Virus record (IMG/VR): IMGVR_UViG_3300049137_000145
Coordinates: 1-64,000 of that record
Strand: one strand, 5' to 3'
DNA: 64,000 nucleotides
From: a virus
The translations under genes were made by a program, and so were the position numbers. Of the stretch, positions 45,945-54,771 are shown one piece after another. The notes beneath the pieces were generated by a model. It was not told the DNA's origin, ran no database searches, and saw only the letters and a list, made by a program, of their open reading frames with translations. Within the stretch, counting starts at the first letter, position 1. Each line of letters starts with the position of its first letter.

Positions 45945-46238
45945 CTTGGACGCCGCCCGCGCGGCTATCCGGTTCGCCAGTGACCACAGCAGCCGGGCCG
46001 CAGACGGCGGTTTGCGAGTCGGCGTCGGGGCCGCACCTATGACGGACGGATCCATAACCCGGCTCGCGGCTACGGCTGCCTTCCGGGCATTGGCCGAGGG
46101 CCACCCCTGGGTGGTCTCATCAACGGCCGCCACGGCCGCATCGAACAGACAGGCGCTGATGGTCACGCCGCCCGCACGTGCATCCACCACAGCGCGGCGG
46201 ACTTCTTTCAGCAGTCGTTCCGTCCCAAGATCTCGCAT
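45936..46238 (-). CDS. hypothetical protein
   Basis: The ATG overlaps the dehydratase stop (TGATG). C-terminal part of ORF 45936..46892. Confidence 0.45.
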   Translation of the reverse strand: MRDLGTERLLKEVRRAVVDARAGGVTISACLFDAAVAAVDETTQGWPSANARKAAVAASRVMDPSVIGAAPTPTRKPPSAARLLWSLANRIAARAASKMV

Positions 46239-47326
46239 CACAGCTCCAGCCATATCGGGTTGGCGAGCGACCAGCGCACGGTGCGCCCGATGGACGACTC
46301 CAGCGGCATCGGCGGCTTCCACCCCAGAGCAGCGAGCCGCGAGCCGTCTAGGGCGTAGCGCAGGTCGTGCCCCGGCCGCGAGGCGTGGAAGGAGATGGGC
46401 TCGATGAGGTCGTCCACCGCGGCGGGGTCCAGTCCCATGGCCTCTCCGACCATGTGCACCAGCTCCACGTTGTCTACCTCGCGCTCGCCGACGATGTTGT
46501 ACCGCTCGGGCCTGGTGAAAGCGCCGTCCCGGTACTGCGCCGGGCCCATCGCGATGTGTATGCGCTCGCCGCTGAGGGTGGTCACCTCGGGTTCGTCCTC
46601 GGTGTACCGCCGGGTCAGCCACAGCCACGCGTCGGCGAGGTTGCGCGCGTGCAGGTAGAAGCGGGAGCCGGGGGTGCCGTCGGGCGCAACGTGCACCAGA
46701 AGGGGGCGGCCCGCGCGCAGGCACTTGATGATTTTCGGCAAGAACTTCTCGCCGTCCTGCATCTCCCCGATGATGTTCATGGTGTTGGTCAGGACGACCG
46801 GCACACCGTAGGTCCGCCAGTAACTGACCGCGATGGACTCCTGCGCCGCCTTGCTCGCGCTGTACGGGTTGGACGGCACGGCCGGCTCCCACTCCGCGTG
46901 CCGGTGCTCCCCGTAGGCCGGGCCGTAGACCTCGTCGGTGGACATCTGGAGGAACAGGCGCGGCTGGATGGCCCGGGCGACCTCCAGCACGTTCAGCATC
47001 AGCGCGACGTTGTTCTGCACAAACGGCACCGGATGGGCGATGCTGCGGTCTACGTGGCTCTCGCTGGCGACGTTCATGATCACGTCGCAGCCGTCGAACT
47101 GGTGCAGCGTCAGTGGGTCGGCCGGCGCCCGCATGTCCCAGTGCACCACGTCCACGCGCCCTGCCCAGTCCGTGTCGGATACGGCGGATGCGATCCGGGC
47201 CGGCAGACCCTTGTGGTGGAAGCTGACCGGGCAGACGACGTCCCAGTCCGTGTTTGTCAGCAGGTGCCGCAGGACGTGGCTCCCGACGAAACCGGCCGCA
47301 CCGGTGAGCAGTATGCGCATGGCCAC
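46238..47326 (-). CDS. NAD-dependent sugar-nucleotide 4,6-dehydratase (RmlB-like, extended SDR)
   Basis: TGAAGFVGSH, ASESHVDRS, STDEVYG, YSASKAA. Confidence 0.85.
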   Translation of the reverse strand: MAMRILLTGAAGFVGSHVLRHLLTNTDWDVVCPVSFHHKGLPARIASAVSDTDWAGRVDVVHWDMRAPADPLTLHQFDGCDVIMNVASESHVDRSIAHPVPFVQNNVALMLNVLEVARAIQPRLFLQMSTDEVYGPAYGEHRHAEWEPAVPSNPYSASKAAQESIAVSYWRTYGVPVVLTNTMNIIGEMQDGEKFLPKIIKCLRAGRPLLVHVAPDGTPGSRFYLHARNLADAWLWLTRRYTEDEPEVTTLSGERIHIAMGPAQYRDGAFTRPERYNIVGEREVDNVELVHMVGEAMGLDPAAVDDLIEPISFHASRPGHDLRYALDGSRLAALGWKPPMPLESSIGRTVRWSLANPIWLEL

Positions 47327-47531
47327 CCGTTCCTAGGTCCCTGGTCGTGGCCGGATCGTAGCCAGGGACCGGGAAATCGCCGAACGCGCAGGAACCGCCC
47401 GATGCGGCGTCGGGCGGTTCCTGTTTTCTGCGCGTGACGTCAGGTCAGATACCCGCTGTCGTGCCGGGTCACTCCCATCGGAACAGACCGGCCCCCGCAA
47501 AACGGATAGAGGCCGGTCAGCACTCCGTGCG

Positions 47532-47819
47532 TCACACGGTGTCCCTGGCGTTGCCGTCGTAGGAGCGCTCGATGTAGAGCACCGACTCGGAGGTCCCGTT
47601 CTCGTACTCGGTACGCAGGCTGTTCAGGGCCGCATCGAGGTACGGCAGGAACTGCTCTGCTGCCACGCGCCGGTCCCCGTTGTTCGTCGTGAGCACGATC
47701 TGAACGGGCAGGTTGTCGCTGGTCTCCAGGCTGTACGTGATCCGCGAGGTGTCGAACCCGTCGGTGGGAAGAGGCACGTCTGTCTCCTGTCGTGGATGGA
47801 CGAACCCGGATGATGCCAC
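47532..47819 (-). CDS. hypothetical protein
   Basis: ORF track. Chosen over the overlapping 47440..47835 frame on amino-acid composition. Confidence 0.45.
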   Translation of the reverse strand: MASSGFVHPRQETDVPLPTDGFDTSRITYSLETSDNLPVQIVLTTNNGDRRVAAEQFLPYLDAALNSLRTEYENGTSESVLYIERSYDGNARDTV

Positions 47820-47835
47820 CTGTCGCCCGGCTCAC

Positions 47836-48477
47836 CTACTGACCGTCGTCCGGATCGTCCGTCTCACTGACGACTTCGCCCTCCAGCGTGCGCAGGTGCG
47901 CGCCGGCTGCCTCCAGCATCCGCTGCCGCTGCGCAGGCTCCAGCTCCACCGCGTTGGCGCCGGCCAGGATGGCCTCCACCACCACGGTCGTCTCCTCGTC
48001 CACCCGGCGGTCCAGCGCGATGGTCAGCTTCTCCGAGGCGTCCGTACCGTCGATCTTGGCCTGTCGCTCCTCGATGCGCTGGAGTCGGTCGATGCATGCG
48101 AGGACCACGCTGTCGTCGCGCAACGGGTTGCCGTCCTCGTCCTTGACGATCTGCCCTTGATAGAGGACGTAGTGCGGCCGGGCAAGCACCGCGTGGACCT
48201 GGCGGCGCATCCCGTCCAGCCGCATCCGCGCCGCCTCGCGGTACTCCTCCAGTCCCATGGCCAGTTCCTTGTTGGCTTGCTTCAGCGCGCGGGAGACGTC
48301 CACGCAGGCCGCCGCCGCCGAGGGGTTGCCCTCGGAGTCCAGGTAGTGCGGGGACATCTGCTCGGCGACCTGCTGCCAGGACAGGCCCCGGTTCTTCAGT
48401 TCGATGGCCCGCGCCCGGCGTTGCGCCACCATCGCCCGGTGGCTCGGCTGGTGGCTGGGCGGATCACCCTTCGCCAT
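47836..48477 (-). CDS. HTH DNA-binding protein, possibly the terminase small subunit
   Basis: N-terminal HTH-like segment AIELKNRGLSWQQVAEQM followed by coiled coil. The functional assignment is tentative. Confidence 0.45.
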   Translation of the reverse strand: MAKGDPPSHQPSHRAMVAQRRARAIELKNRGLSWQQVAEQMSPHYLDSEGNPSAAAACVDVSRALKQANKELAMGLEEYREAARMRLDGMRRQVHAVLARPHYVLYQGQIVKDEDGNPLRDDSVVLACIDRLQRIEERQAKIDGTDASEKLTIALDRRVDEETTVVVEAILAGANAVELEPAQRQRMLEAAGAHLRTLEGEVVSETDDPDDGQ

Positions 48478-48508
48478 GGTCCTTAGCCTCCCTAACGATT
48501 AACAGCAC

Positions 48509-49279
48509 TCACAGTCCGCAGCGCGTGGCGAACGCACCGATGACGGTCCACTGGTGCCAGCGAAACAGGATCTCCGGGTCGTGCCATCCGGCCGCCCGAA
48601 TGGAGTGGATGAGCGTGTCCTGCGGATGCGGGACGAGGACGCCCCGCAGCGCCCGGGACTTGGCCCGGATACCGTCGGCAGAAATGCCGTGCTCTGCCTT
48701 CCAGTCGTGCGACGAGTCAGTGCTGATCTCATGCCACCTCGAGTCGAGCGGCCGAACCTTCTCCGCGACGATCAGTGCGCCGGTCTCCCGTGCGGACATC
48801 CGGGCCAGGTGGAGGGCAGCCACGCGGTCCCGCAACGGGAGGAACTGGAGCGTGAACAGGCACAGCGTCAGGTCCGCGTCCGTGTGCGCGAGCGGCGGGG
48901 ACTGGATCGGCGCGCGTACGTAGTCGATGTGGCGGGCTGGAGCGGTGGCCAGGTTCTCGGCAGCCCTGTCCAGCATCGGTTTCTCAACGTCGTACAGAAC
49001 GGCCGAGACGTCCCGGTGGGCCTGTCGGCGCAGAATGCTACCCACCGTGGTCCCGGTGGACGCGCCGAGGTCGGCGATCAGGCCGCCGTGCGGAACGAGC
49101 CAGTCGGACAGGCCGGCCACGAGATCCTGGATCGCGTCGTAGAACGGGACACTGGCGCGCACGTGGACGTCGAACTCGTTCACCACGTCCGGGGTGAAGG
49201 ACCAGGCGCCGGCGGCGAAGGTCTCCGCAATGTCCCGGCGGGCGGGCGTCTCATCCGTAGAGGCGTCGGTATTCTGCAC
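48509..49279 (-). CDS. CmoA-like class I SAM-dependent enzyme (carboxy-SAM synthase family)
   Basis: Colinear with my recalled E. coli CmoA sequence: WSF..V..F..HV.ASVPFYD, DLGASTG, the exact FTLQFL block, AEK, and HDWKAEHG...AKSRAL. Confidence 0.75.
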   Translation of the reverse strand: MQNTDASTDETPARRDIAETFAAGAWSFTPDVVNEFDVHVRASVPFYDAIQDLVAGLSDWLVPHGGLIADLGASTGTTVGSILRRQAHRDVSAVLYDVEKPMLDRAAENLATAPARHIDYVRAPIQSPPLAHTDADLTLCLFTLQFLPLRDRVAALHLARMSARETGALIVAEKVRPLDSRWHEISTDSSHDWKAEHGISADGIRAKSRALRGVLVPHPQDTLIHSIRAAGWHDPEILFRWHQWTVIGAFATRCGL

Positions 49280-50657
49280 GGTAGTACCTCGCAGGGTCCG
49301 GGAGGGTCTGACTTATCAAGGTCTTCAGCCCGAGGCCATCCTGGAACGCCACCTTCGGGCGGGTGGTCACGGAGTCCGGGAGCCGGCCCCGGTACGCGCG
49401 CTGGAGTACGGCCTTCGGCCGGGCTTTGCCGTCCTGAACGGCGTGCCTGGGCAGGGACAGGGCGAGGTCCACGACGTCCGGGTCCAGGAACGGCAGCCTG
49501 CCCTCCACGCCGTGGGCCATGAACGACTTGTTCACCCGGGGGAAGTTGCGCCGGGCCTGCGCGGCGATCAGGTCCCGCCGGTAGGTGAACCAGCCCGATT
49601 TGGCCAGACCGTGGTAGGCGAACCCGTACGATGCCCACAGCTCGTCACTGCCCTCGCCGGTGTACGTGACCTTGAAGCCGTCGGAACGGATGGCCCTCGC
49701 GAGAGCGAGACACGGCCAGGAGATCTCTACCTGTGCCTTGTAGTCCATCTCGACCTGCGCGACGACGTGAGAGAGGTCGTCGGCCGTCGGCGGCGGGACG
49801 TCGACCTCCACCAACTTGACGCCGATCATCTCGGCTGTCTCCCGGGCGCAGCGCAGGTCCCGGGACCTCGGGTCCATCCGTGCGGTGTAGCAGACCAGGT
49901 CCGGGTAGTGCTGCTTCAGCTCCAGAGCGATGGCGGCGGAGTCGATGCCGCCGGACAGCAAGGAGCACACCGGCACATCGGCAATGGCCCGCCGGTCCAC
50001 GGCCCGCTCAAGGGCCCCAGCGAGGGCGTCGGCCGCGTTGTCCAGCGTCCAGTTCGCCGGATGCGCGGTGAGCCGGTGGAAGGTCCGCCGGGACGTCGCA
50101 CCGCTGGTCGCCTCAGTTCTCCACCACTCCCCCGGACCGACGTCCAGCACAGCCGGGCCGCAGCGGCGCCCGAGCGCGGTGAACGCCTTCAGCTCCGAGG
50201 CGTACAGCACAGGCCGGGTCCGGTGGACGTGCAGCGGGATCTCCCCGTGCCGGTCCCGCGCCGCGTGCAGCACGCCCGGCTCTCGGTCGTCCGTCCACAC
50301 CAGGGCGAACATGCCGTCCAGAGCGGGCAGCGTGCGGGCGGGGCCGAGGACGGCGAGCGCAGCGGCGATGACCTCCGTGTCCCCGCTGGTCTGCCAGGTC
50401 CGGCCAGGATCGGCGCGCTCTACTGTGCGCCGGACGGCCGGGGCGTTGAACAGCTCCCCGTTGTAGGTGAGCAGCACCGGCCCGTCGCGGTACGGCTGAT
50501 CCGAACGCGTGGAAGGGTCCTGAATCGCCAGCCGCGTGTGCCCGAGGGTCACCCCGCCGGACTCGGCGACGGCCGACGCATCCGGGCCCCGGTGCGCCAG
50601 GGCAGCCACAGCCCGGCTGAGGTCCGCGCGGCCGGCGGCGGCGACCAGACCGCACAT
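49251..50657 (-). CDS. asparagine synthetase B-family, glutamine-dependent amidotransferase
   Basis: N-terminal MCG (Cys2 nucleophile), PP-loop SLLSGGIDS, GEGSDELW, and MAHGVEGRLPFLD. The ATG overlaps the methyltransferase stop. Confidence 0.85.
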   Translation of the reverse strand: MCGLVAAAGRADLSRAVAALAHRGPDASAVAESGGVTLGHTRLAIQDPSTRSDQPYRDGPVLLTYNGELFNAPAVRRTVERADPGRTWQTSGDTEVIAAALAVLGPARTLPALDGMFALVWTDDREPGVLHAARDRHGEIPLHVHRTRPVLYASELKAFTALGRRCGPAVLDVGPGEWWRTEATSGATSRRTFHRLTAHPANWTLDNAADALAGALERAVDRRAIADVPVCSLLSGGIDSAAIALELKQHYPDLVCYTARMDPRSRDLRCARETAEMIGVKLVEVDVPPPTADDLSHVVAQVEMDYKAQVEISWPCLALARAIRSDGFKVTYTGEGSDELWASYGFAYHGLAKSGWFTYRRDLIAAQARRNFPRVNKSFMAHGVEGRLPFLDPDVVDLALSLPRHAVQDGKARPKAVLQRAYRGRLPDSVTTRPKVAFQDGLGLKTLISQTLPDPARYYRAEYRRLYG

Positions 50658-51907
50658 CAGATCGTCCCTGCCTCGCGCAGCGGCACGAGGATCCGGTCCC
50701 GCACGGCGGTGGCGATGTGGGACATCATCACCGGCGGCACGGCCCGGCCGATGCGCTCCCAGCGCTGCGCGTACGTCCCGGTGAGCACGAAGTCGGCCGG
50801 GAACCCGCCGATGGCCCGCAGCTCTCCGAGGGTCAGCTTCCGGGCCTCTACCCCGTGACACGGCCCGGTGATCGTGACGTCCCCTTGCGCAGCCATCACC
50901 GTGTTGTATGGCCGGTCCGGGTGCTGCCGCCTGACGTGGAAATACTTCTGCGACTTCTCTCCAGGCCGCAGCCTCGCCCACTCATCGCCGACGGCGTACC
51001 CCTTGATGGACAGGGCCTGCCCTGTCTCCGGGTCGTGGGTGGCCGGGTTCTCCGCGTCACATACGTAACCCGCTCCTTTGTTGGGCCCGCTAGCCATCAG
51101 AGTTGGCGCAGAGCCGCTTTCCGCCGGGTACATCGTTGACAGTACGTCCCGGCGGGCTGCTACGAAGTCGGCGTGAGGCGGGGCCGTACCGTACATAGCG
51201 ATCCACGGCAGCGCGTCCCGCACGGTGTACCGGTACGGCAGCGGCGCTGGGTGCACCGGGTCCATGCCGAGGTTTTCTCGGACACCCACGAAAATGAGCC
51301 GTTGCCGGGCCTGCGGGACGCCCAGCCACGAAGCGTCTAGCACGCGAGCCTGCACCCTGTACCCGCACGCGCGCAGCCGGGCCAGGATCAGCTTGAAATA
51401 CCCCTTGGCCGTGCCTTTGACCAGGCCGGCGACGTTCTCGGCGACGAACGTCCTGGGCTGCGTCTCCTCGATGAGCCGGGCGTACTCGTAGAACAGGTCG
51501 TCGGTGCGCTGCTGGGTGTCACTGTACTTCTTCACCTGGCCCCAGCCGGCCTCGCGTTTGCCGGCTGTAGAGAACGAGGCACATGGCGGGGAGCCGTCGA
51601 ACAGGTCGATCTCCCCGGCCCCGAGGCCGCATGCGTCCAGGATGTCCTGGCCGGTGACCTCCCGGATGTCGCGGGTGTCCAGCACGGTGTACGGCGCCGC
51701 GTTGGCCCGGTACGTCTCCTGCGCAGCGGGGATGAACTCACTGGCCCACAGCACCCTGAAACCGGCCATGCGGTAGCCGAGGGAAGACCCGCCACAGCCC
51801 GAGAACGTACTGACTGCGTTGAAGCCGTTCCACGGCAGGCCCCGGATTTCTCCCATGGACGGCACGCGGTACGGCGGCTTGCCGGTCACCGGGACTTTCC
51901 TGACCAC
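50657..51907 (-). CDS. DNA cytosine-5 methyltransferase-fold enzyme with an atypical motif X (GRAVPP)
   Basis: Motif I FSGCGG, motif IV GSPPCASFS, motif VI ENVAGL, motif VIII QARQRLIFVG, motif X IGRAVPP. Confidence 0.9.
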   Translation of the reverse strand: MVRKVPVTGKPPYRVPSMGEIRGLPWNGFNAVSTFSGCGGSSLGYRMAGFRVLWASEFIPAAQETYRANAAPYTVLDTRDIREVTGQDILDACGLGAGEIDLFDGSPPCASFSTAGKREAGWGQVKKYSDTQQRTDDLFYEYARLIEETQPRTFVAENVAGLVKGTAKGYFKLILARLRACGYRVQARVLDASWLGVPQARQRLIFVGVRENLGMDPVHPAPLPYRYTVRDALPWIAMYGTAPPHADFVAARRDVLSTMYPAESGSAPTLMASGPNKGAGYVCDAENPATHDPETGQALSIKGYAVGDEWARLRPGEKSQKYFHVRRQHPDRPYNTVMAAQGDVTITGPCHGVEARKLTLGELRAIGGFPADFVLTGTYAQRWERIGRAVPPVMMSHIATAVRDRILVPLREAGTI

Positions 51908-52497
51908 TCATACCCGCACTTGGGGCACCGGTGTTCGGTCTCGATGTCCTCGTCGTAGGTCGGGAATTCCGCCGGCGGCACCGGGGCAGGGATGGCGGTC
52001 GCATCGAATTCGGGTGCGTCCGCTTGGCTGAACAGCTCCGCATCCGAGAGCGCGTAACCGGTGCCCACGAGGTCGTCGTCTAGTGTGGCGAGCAGCGCGG
52101 CCAGGGCGTCGTCGTCATAGGAGCCGTCGTCGGCCGACTTGTTGTCCACCAGGTTGATGCGCGTGGCGGTCGCGTCGTCGCACTCGATGAGGTGGGCGAG
52201 CGCCGTCGGGTCGTCGCGGTCCACCTCGATGCAGAGCTGGCACGGCCGGTCGTTGGCCAGCTCCCAGTCCTTGCATGCTTCGCGACCGTCTTCCTCGTGC
52301 CGCAGCAGCGCCAGATACGTGTGGTTGCCGGCGAGGATCGTCAGCGTCTCGTCGGCCCGGCGGACGGTGAGCGGCCTGTACTGCCCGTTGGCCCGTAGGC
52401 TGTCCAGAATCAGATCGACGTTGCCCCGGCGCGCGTTGCCCTCGAACGGGGTGAGATCTTCCAGTGGGACGCGTTCGGTCCCTACGGTCGTGGTCAT
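51886..52497 (-). CDS. ParB N-terminal (ParB/Srx nuclease-like) domain protein with a C-terminal zinc ribbon
   Basis: PLEDLTPFEGNARRGN...ILAGNHTYLA. C-terminus has CPKCGYEW. It overlaps the methyltransferase start by 22 nt. Confidence 0.8.
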   Translation of the reverse strand: MTTTVGTERVPLEDLTPFEGNARRGNVDLILDSLRANGQYRPLTVRRADETLTILAGNHTYLALLRHEEDGREACKDWELANDRPCQLCIEVDRDDPTALAHLIECDDATATRINLVDNKSADDGSYDDDALAALLATLDDDLVGTGYALSDAELFSQADAPEFDATAIPAPVPPAEFPTYDEDIETEHRCPKCGYEWSGKSR

Positions 52498-52573
52498 CGC
52501 TGCCCCTTCGCCTGGTCGACGGACGCGGCGATGTTAAGACCGGAACAGCCCATGATCGTTCCGGAGCACGATG

Positions 52574-52610
52574 AAGCCCCGGGCCGTGAGGATCCGGGGC
52601 TCGGGGCTTC
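52574..52610 (-). terminator. hairpin upstream of the modification cassette
   Basis: GAAGCCCCGG ... GGGGCTTC. Confidence 0.55.
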
Positions 52611-52619
52611 GTCAGGCGG

Positions 52620-52847
52620 TCAGGGATGGGCGCGCAGCCGCAGGGCCTCCAGTTCTTCGGCGACTTGCCGTGCCATGTTCCGGGCCTCGGGAAGGGTGTG
52701 CCGGGAGGCCTTGCACGGCACAGCCCTGTGACCTCTCATCGACTGTTCACGGCTGAAGTGCCGGTAGAGCCTCCCCGCGTCCGTGACCCTGGCCGTGCGA
52801 CTGCACAACGGGCACAGAGTCGTGCCGTCTGCATTGATCTCGTTCAC
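52620..52847 (-). CDS. small zinc-ribbon protein, paralog family member P1
   Basis: CPLCS...GRLYRH...CKAS, C-terminus LRLRAHP. The GTG overlaps the upstream stop (GTGA). Confidence 0.5.
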   Translation of the reverse strand: MNEINADGTTLCPLCSRTARVTDAGRLYRHFSREQSMRGHRAVPCKASRHTLPEARNMARQVAEELEALRLRAHP

Positions 52848-53044
52848 GGGCCGCCCCCGTTCGGGTCCGCCACAGTCACAGTGACCTGGGGCGAGTCGTC
52901 CCGGTCGTAGAACGCGTCCGTGATCCACCGCGTCGCCACTGCGGGAAGTTCCGCATCGGTGTAGTACTCGTCCCCGGGCTCCGCTGCGGGGTGGCCGCGC
53001 CATTCGATGTCCACGATCAGCCGCGTGCGTCTCGGTTCAGTCAC
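52844..53044 (-). CDS. hypothetical protein
   Basis: ORF track. Confidence 0.5.
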   Translation of the reverse strand: MTEPRRTRLIVDIEWRGHPAAEPGDEYYTDAELPAVATRWITDAFYDRDDSPQVTVTVADPNGGGP

Positions 53045-53471
53045 AGATCCCCAGCTCCCTCATTCGCTCGCGGGGTGTCAGTTCCTTGCAACCGCAGGGG
53101 CCGACTTCGGAGACGTGGTCCGGGCACGGGTCGGCGTGACGCAAGTGCCCGCAGCCGGGACAGACCCGATTCGGCGGACAGCCACACCCCTCGCCCTCGT
53201 GATGGCCGCATCCCCGGCAGACCTCCGCCGCCGGGGTCCGGCCCGGGACAGCGACGCCACGCATGAACGCGAACAAGTCCGCCTTGCAGCCGGGGCAAAG
53301 TTCCCGCAGGTCCGCCGACCCGTCCTCGTTGGGGATCTTGGGCCGCGTCCAGCCCTCCGGCAGCTCGGGCCGGGCCGTCGGAATGGCAGGGCCTGTGAGT
53401 CCGGCGAACAGCATCACGGGCCGGGTCTGCTCCTGGAACCCGCAGCGGTCGCACTCCAGATGAACGCTCAT
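53037..53471 (-). CDS. Cys-rich protein with multiple CxxC motifs
   Basis: ATG at 53471 with ATGA overlap. CDRCG, CPGC, CRGCGHHEGEGCGCP, CPGCGH. Confidence 0.5.
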   Translation of the reverse strand: MSVHLECDRCGFQEQTRPVMLFAGLTGPAIPTARPELPEGWTRPKIPNEDGSADLRELCPGCKADLFAFMRGVAVPGRTPAAEVCRGCGHHEGEGCGCPPNRVCPGCGHLRHADPCPDHVSEVGPCGCKELTPRERMRELGICD

Positions 53472-54082
53472 GCCTCGGCCCTCGCTTCCGGGATCCGCCG
53501 GCCGGCCGCGCGGTCCGCATCGCGCCGGGCGTGCTCCGAGTCGTCGTACGCGACGCGCAGGCCGTCTTCGCCGACTATGGTCCGGCTGCCGAGGCACAGC
53601 GCGACGTCATCCATCGTGAGCCGGGTCCGGGTGACAGACGTGATCTCCAGCGCCCTGGCCACGTCGTCGCCGTACAGGACGACGAACTTCCCGCCCCGCT
53701 TCATCGCCCGGTCGTAGTACGCGGCCGGTTTACGCCCCAGGGCTCGCTCCAGCCGCTGCCGGGCGCGGTGGGAGTTGACCGCCAGCACGGCGCCCTTCGG
53801 CTCCACCATGAGGACGCGGGCCCGTTCGGGGATCTCCTGCGACTCCACACGGCCATCGTGGCCCCGGCAGGTGGTGACGCTGCCCTCCCGGGCCGTGACG
53901 GTCCACGCGGTGCCGCCGGGCGGCTCGCACCCCATGAGGGGACGTACCCGGCCGTCCCGGCTCACGGTGTACGCCGTGAACGCGCCCAGGCCCGACACGA
54001 ACGTATCCCCGACGGCCAGGTCCCGGGCGGGCCTGTCACGCAGGTCGCTCCAGTCGTAGCCGTGTCCCTTGGTTTCGTTCAT
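53468..54082 (-). CDS. hypothetical protein
   Basis: ATG at 54082 with ATGA overlap. Leader reads AAGGAAGCGAGGAACGAGGA. Confidence 0.55.
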   Translation of the reverse strand: MNETKGHGYDWSDLRDRPARDLAVGDTFVSGLGAFTAYTVSRDGRVRPLMGCEPPGGTAWTVTAREGSVTTCRGHDGRVESQEIPERARVLMVEPKGAVLAVNSHRARQRLERALGRKPAAYYDRAMKRGGKFVVLYGDDVARALEITSVTRTRLTMDDVALCLGSRTIVGEDGLRVAYDDSEHARRDADRAAGRRIPEARAEA

Positions 54083-54444
54083 TCCTCGTTCCTCGCTTCC
54101 TTGATCTGGAGCTGGGACAACTCCCGGATGCAGTGCGCCCAGCGCGCCGAGGTGCACGTGCCGGACCGTGCGATCTCCCAGGGGATTTGCTCCCGCCCGC
54201 ACCGGCCGCAGACGTACAGCCACGTCCCGTCCTCGTTGCGCTGCGGATGGCGGCCGGCGTCCTTGTTGGCACGCATCTGCTGCGCCACCCCGAACAGGAC
54301 GCCCGAAGCGCGGCATTCCACACGGCCCGCCGCAACCAGCTTCGGCACGTTGCTCTTGTGCCGGTACAGCTTGCCCGTGGCGGTGCGTGAGGCGTAGTTG
54401 CCGCACAGGGGGCATGCGCCACCGCTGCTCGCCCGGCCCATCAC
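54079..54444 (-). CDS. zinc-ribbon protein, paralog family member P2
   Basis: CPLCG...GKLYRH...CRASG, plus a second CGRCG module. Confidence 0.5.
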   Translation of the reverse strand: MMGRASSGGACPLCGNYASRTATGKLYRHKSNVPKLVAAGRVECRASGVLFGVAQQMRANKDAGRHPQRNEDGTWLYVCGRCGREQIPWEIARSGTCTSARWAHCIRELSQLQIKEARNEE

Positions 54445-54623
54445 GCGCTCCCACCGTTGGTGAGCCGTTCGGCGAAGTCGGTCAGCTCGTCCCGAATCAT
54501 CTCCAGGCCGTCCTCGCCGTACTTGTCCGCCAAGTCCTGCGGGTCCCAGCCCTGGGACAGGACCGATTCGAGGATGAGCCCGGCGCGGAACTTCGCCACA
54601 CGCCGGGCCTCACGCTTGTTCAC
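54441..54623 (-). CDS. hypothetical protein
   Basis: ORF track, GTG start. Confidence 0.45.
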   Translation of the reverse strand: MNKREARRVAKFRAGLILESVLSQGWDPQDLADKYGEDGLEMIRDELTDFAERLTNGGSA

Positions 54624-54771
54624 TGCTCAGCCCTCCTGGGGGTCGTCGTGCGTGACCGGGTTGCAGCGTCCGCAGCCCCACACGCCGTGCATGTCCGCAG
54701 GCTGGCCCGGGGGCGCCGGGGCACGGGGTCCCGGCCTCCGTGCGCCACCCGTCCGTCGTCCAGGGCACCGC

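Noticed and set aside
47389-47428. A strong hairpin followed by TTTT (AGGAACCGCCCG...CGGGCGGTTCCT GTTTT), which looks like a + strand intrinsic terminator.
   Set aside because: All neighbouring genes are on the minus strand, so there is no + strand transcript for it to terminate. It may still act bidirectionally after the 47532..47819 gene, but I could not support a specific call.
47836-48477. Firm annotation of this HTH protein as the terminase small subunit.
   Set aside because: It lies about 4 kb from terL with unrelated genes in between, and I see no diagnostic motif. It is kept only as a tentative possibility.
54624-54771. A possible tiny ORF (MHGVWGCGRCNPVTHDDPQEG) on the minus strand in a 148-nt gap.
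   Set aside because: It is only 21 codons long with no convincing Shine-Dalgarno sequence. The upstream in-frame sequence looks non-coding. Evidence is insufficient to call it.
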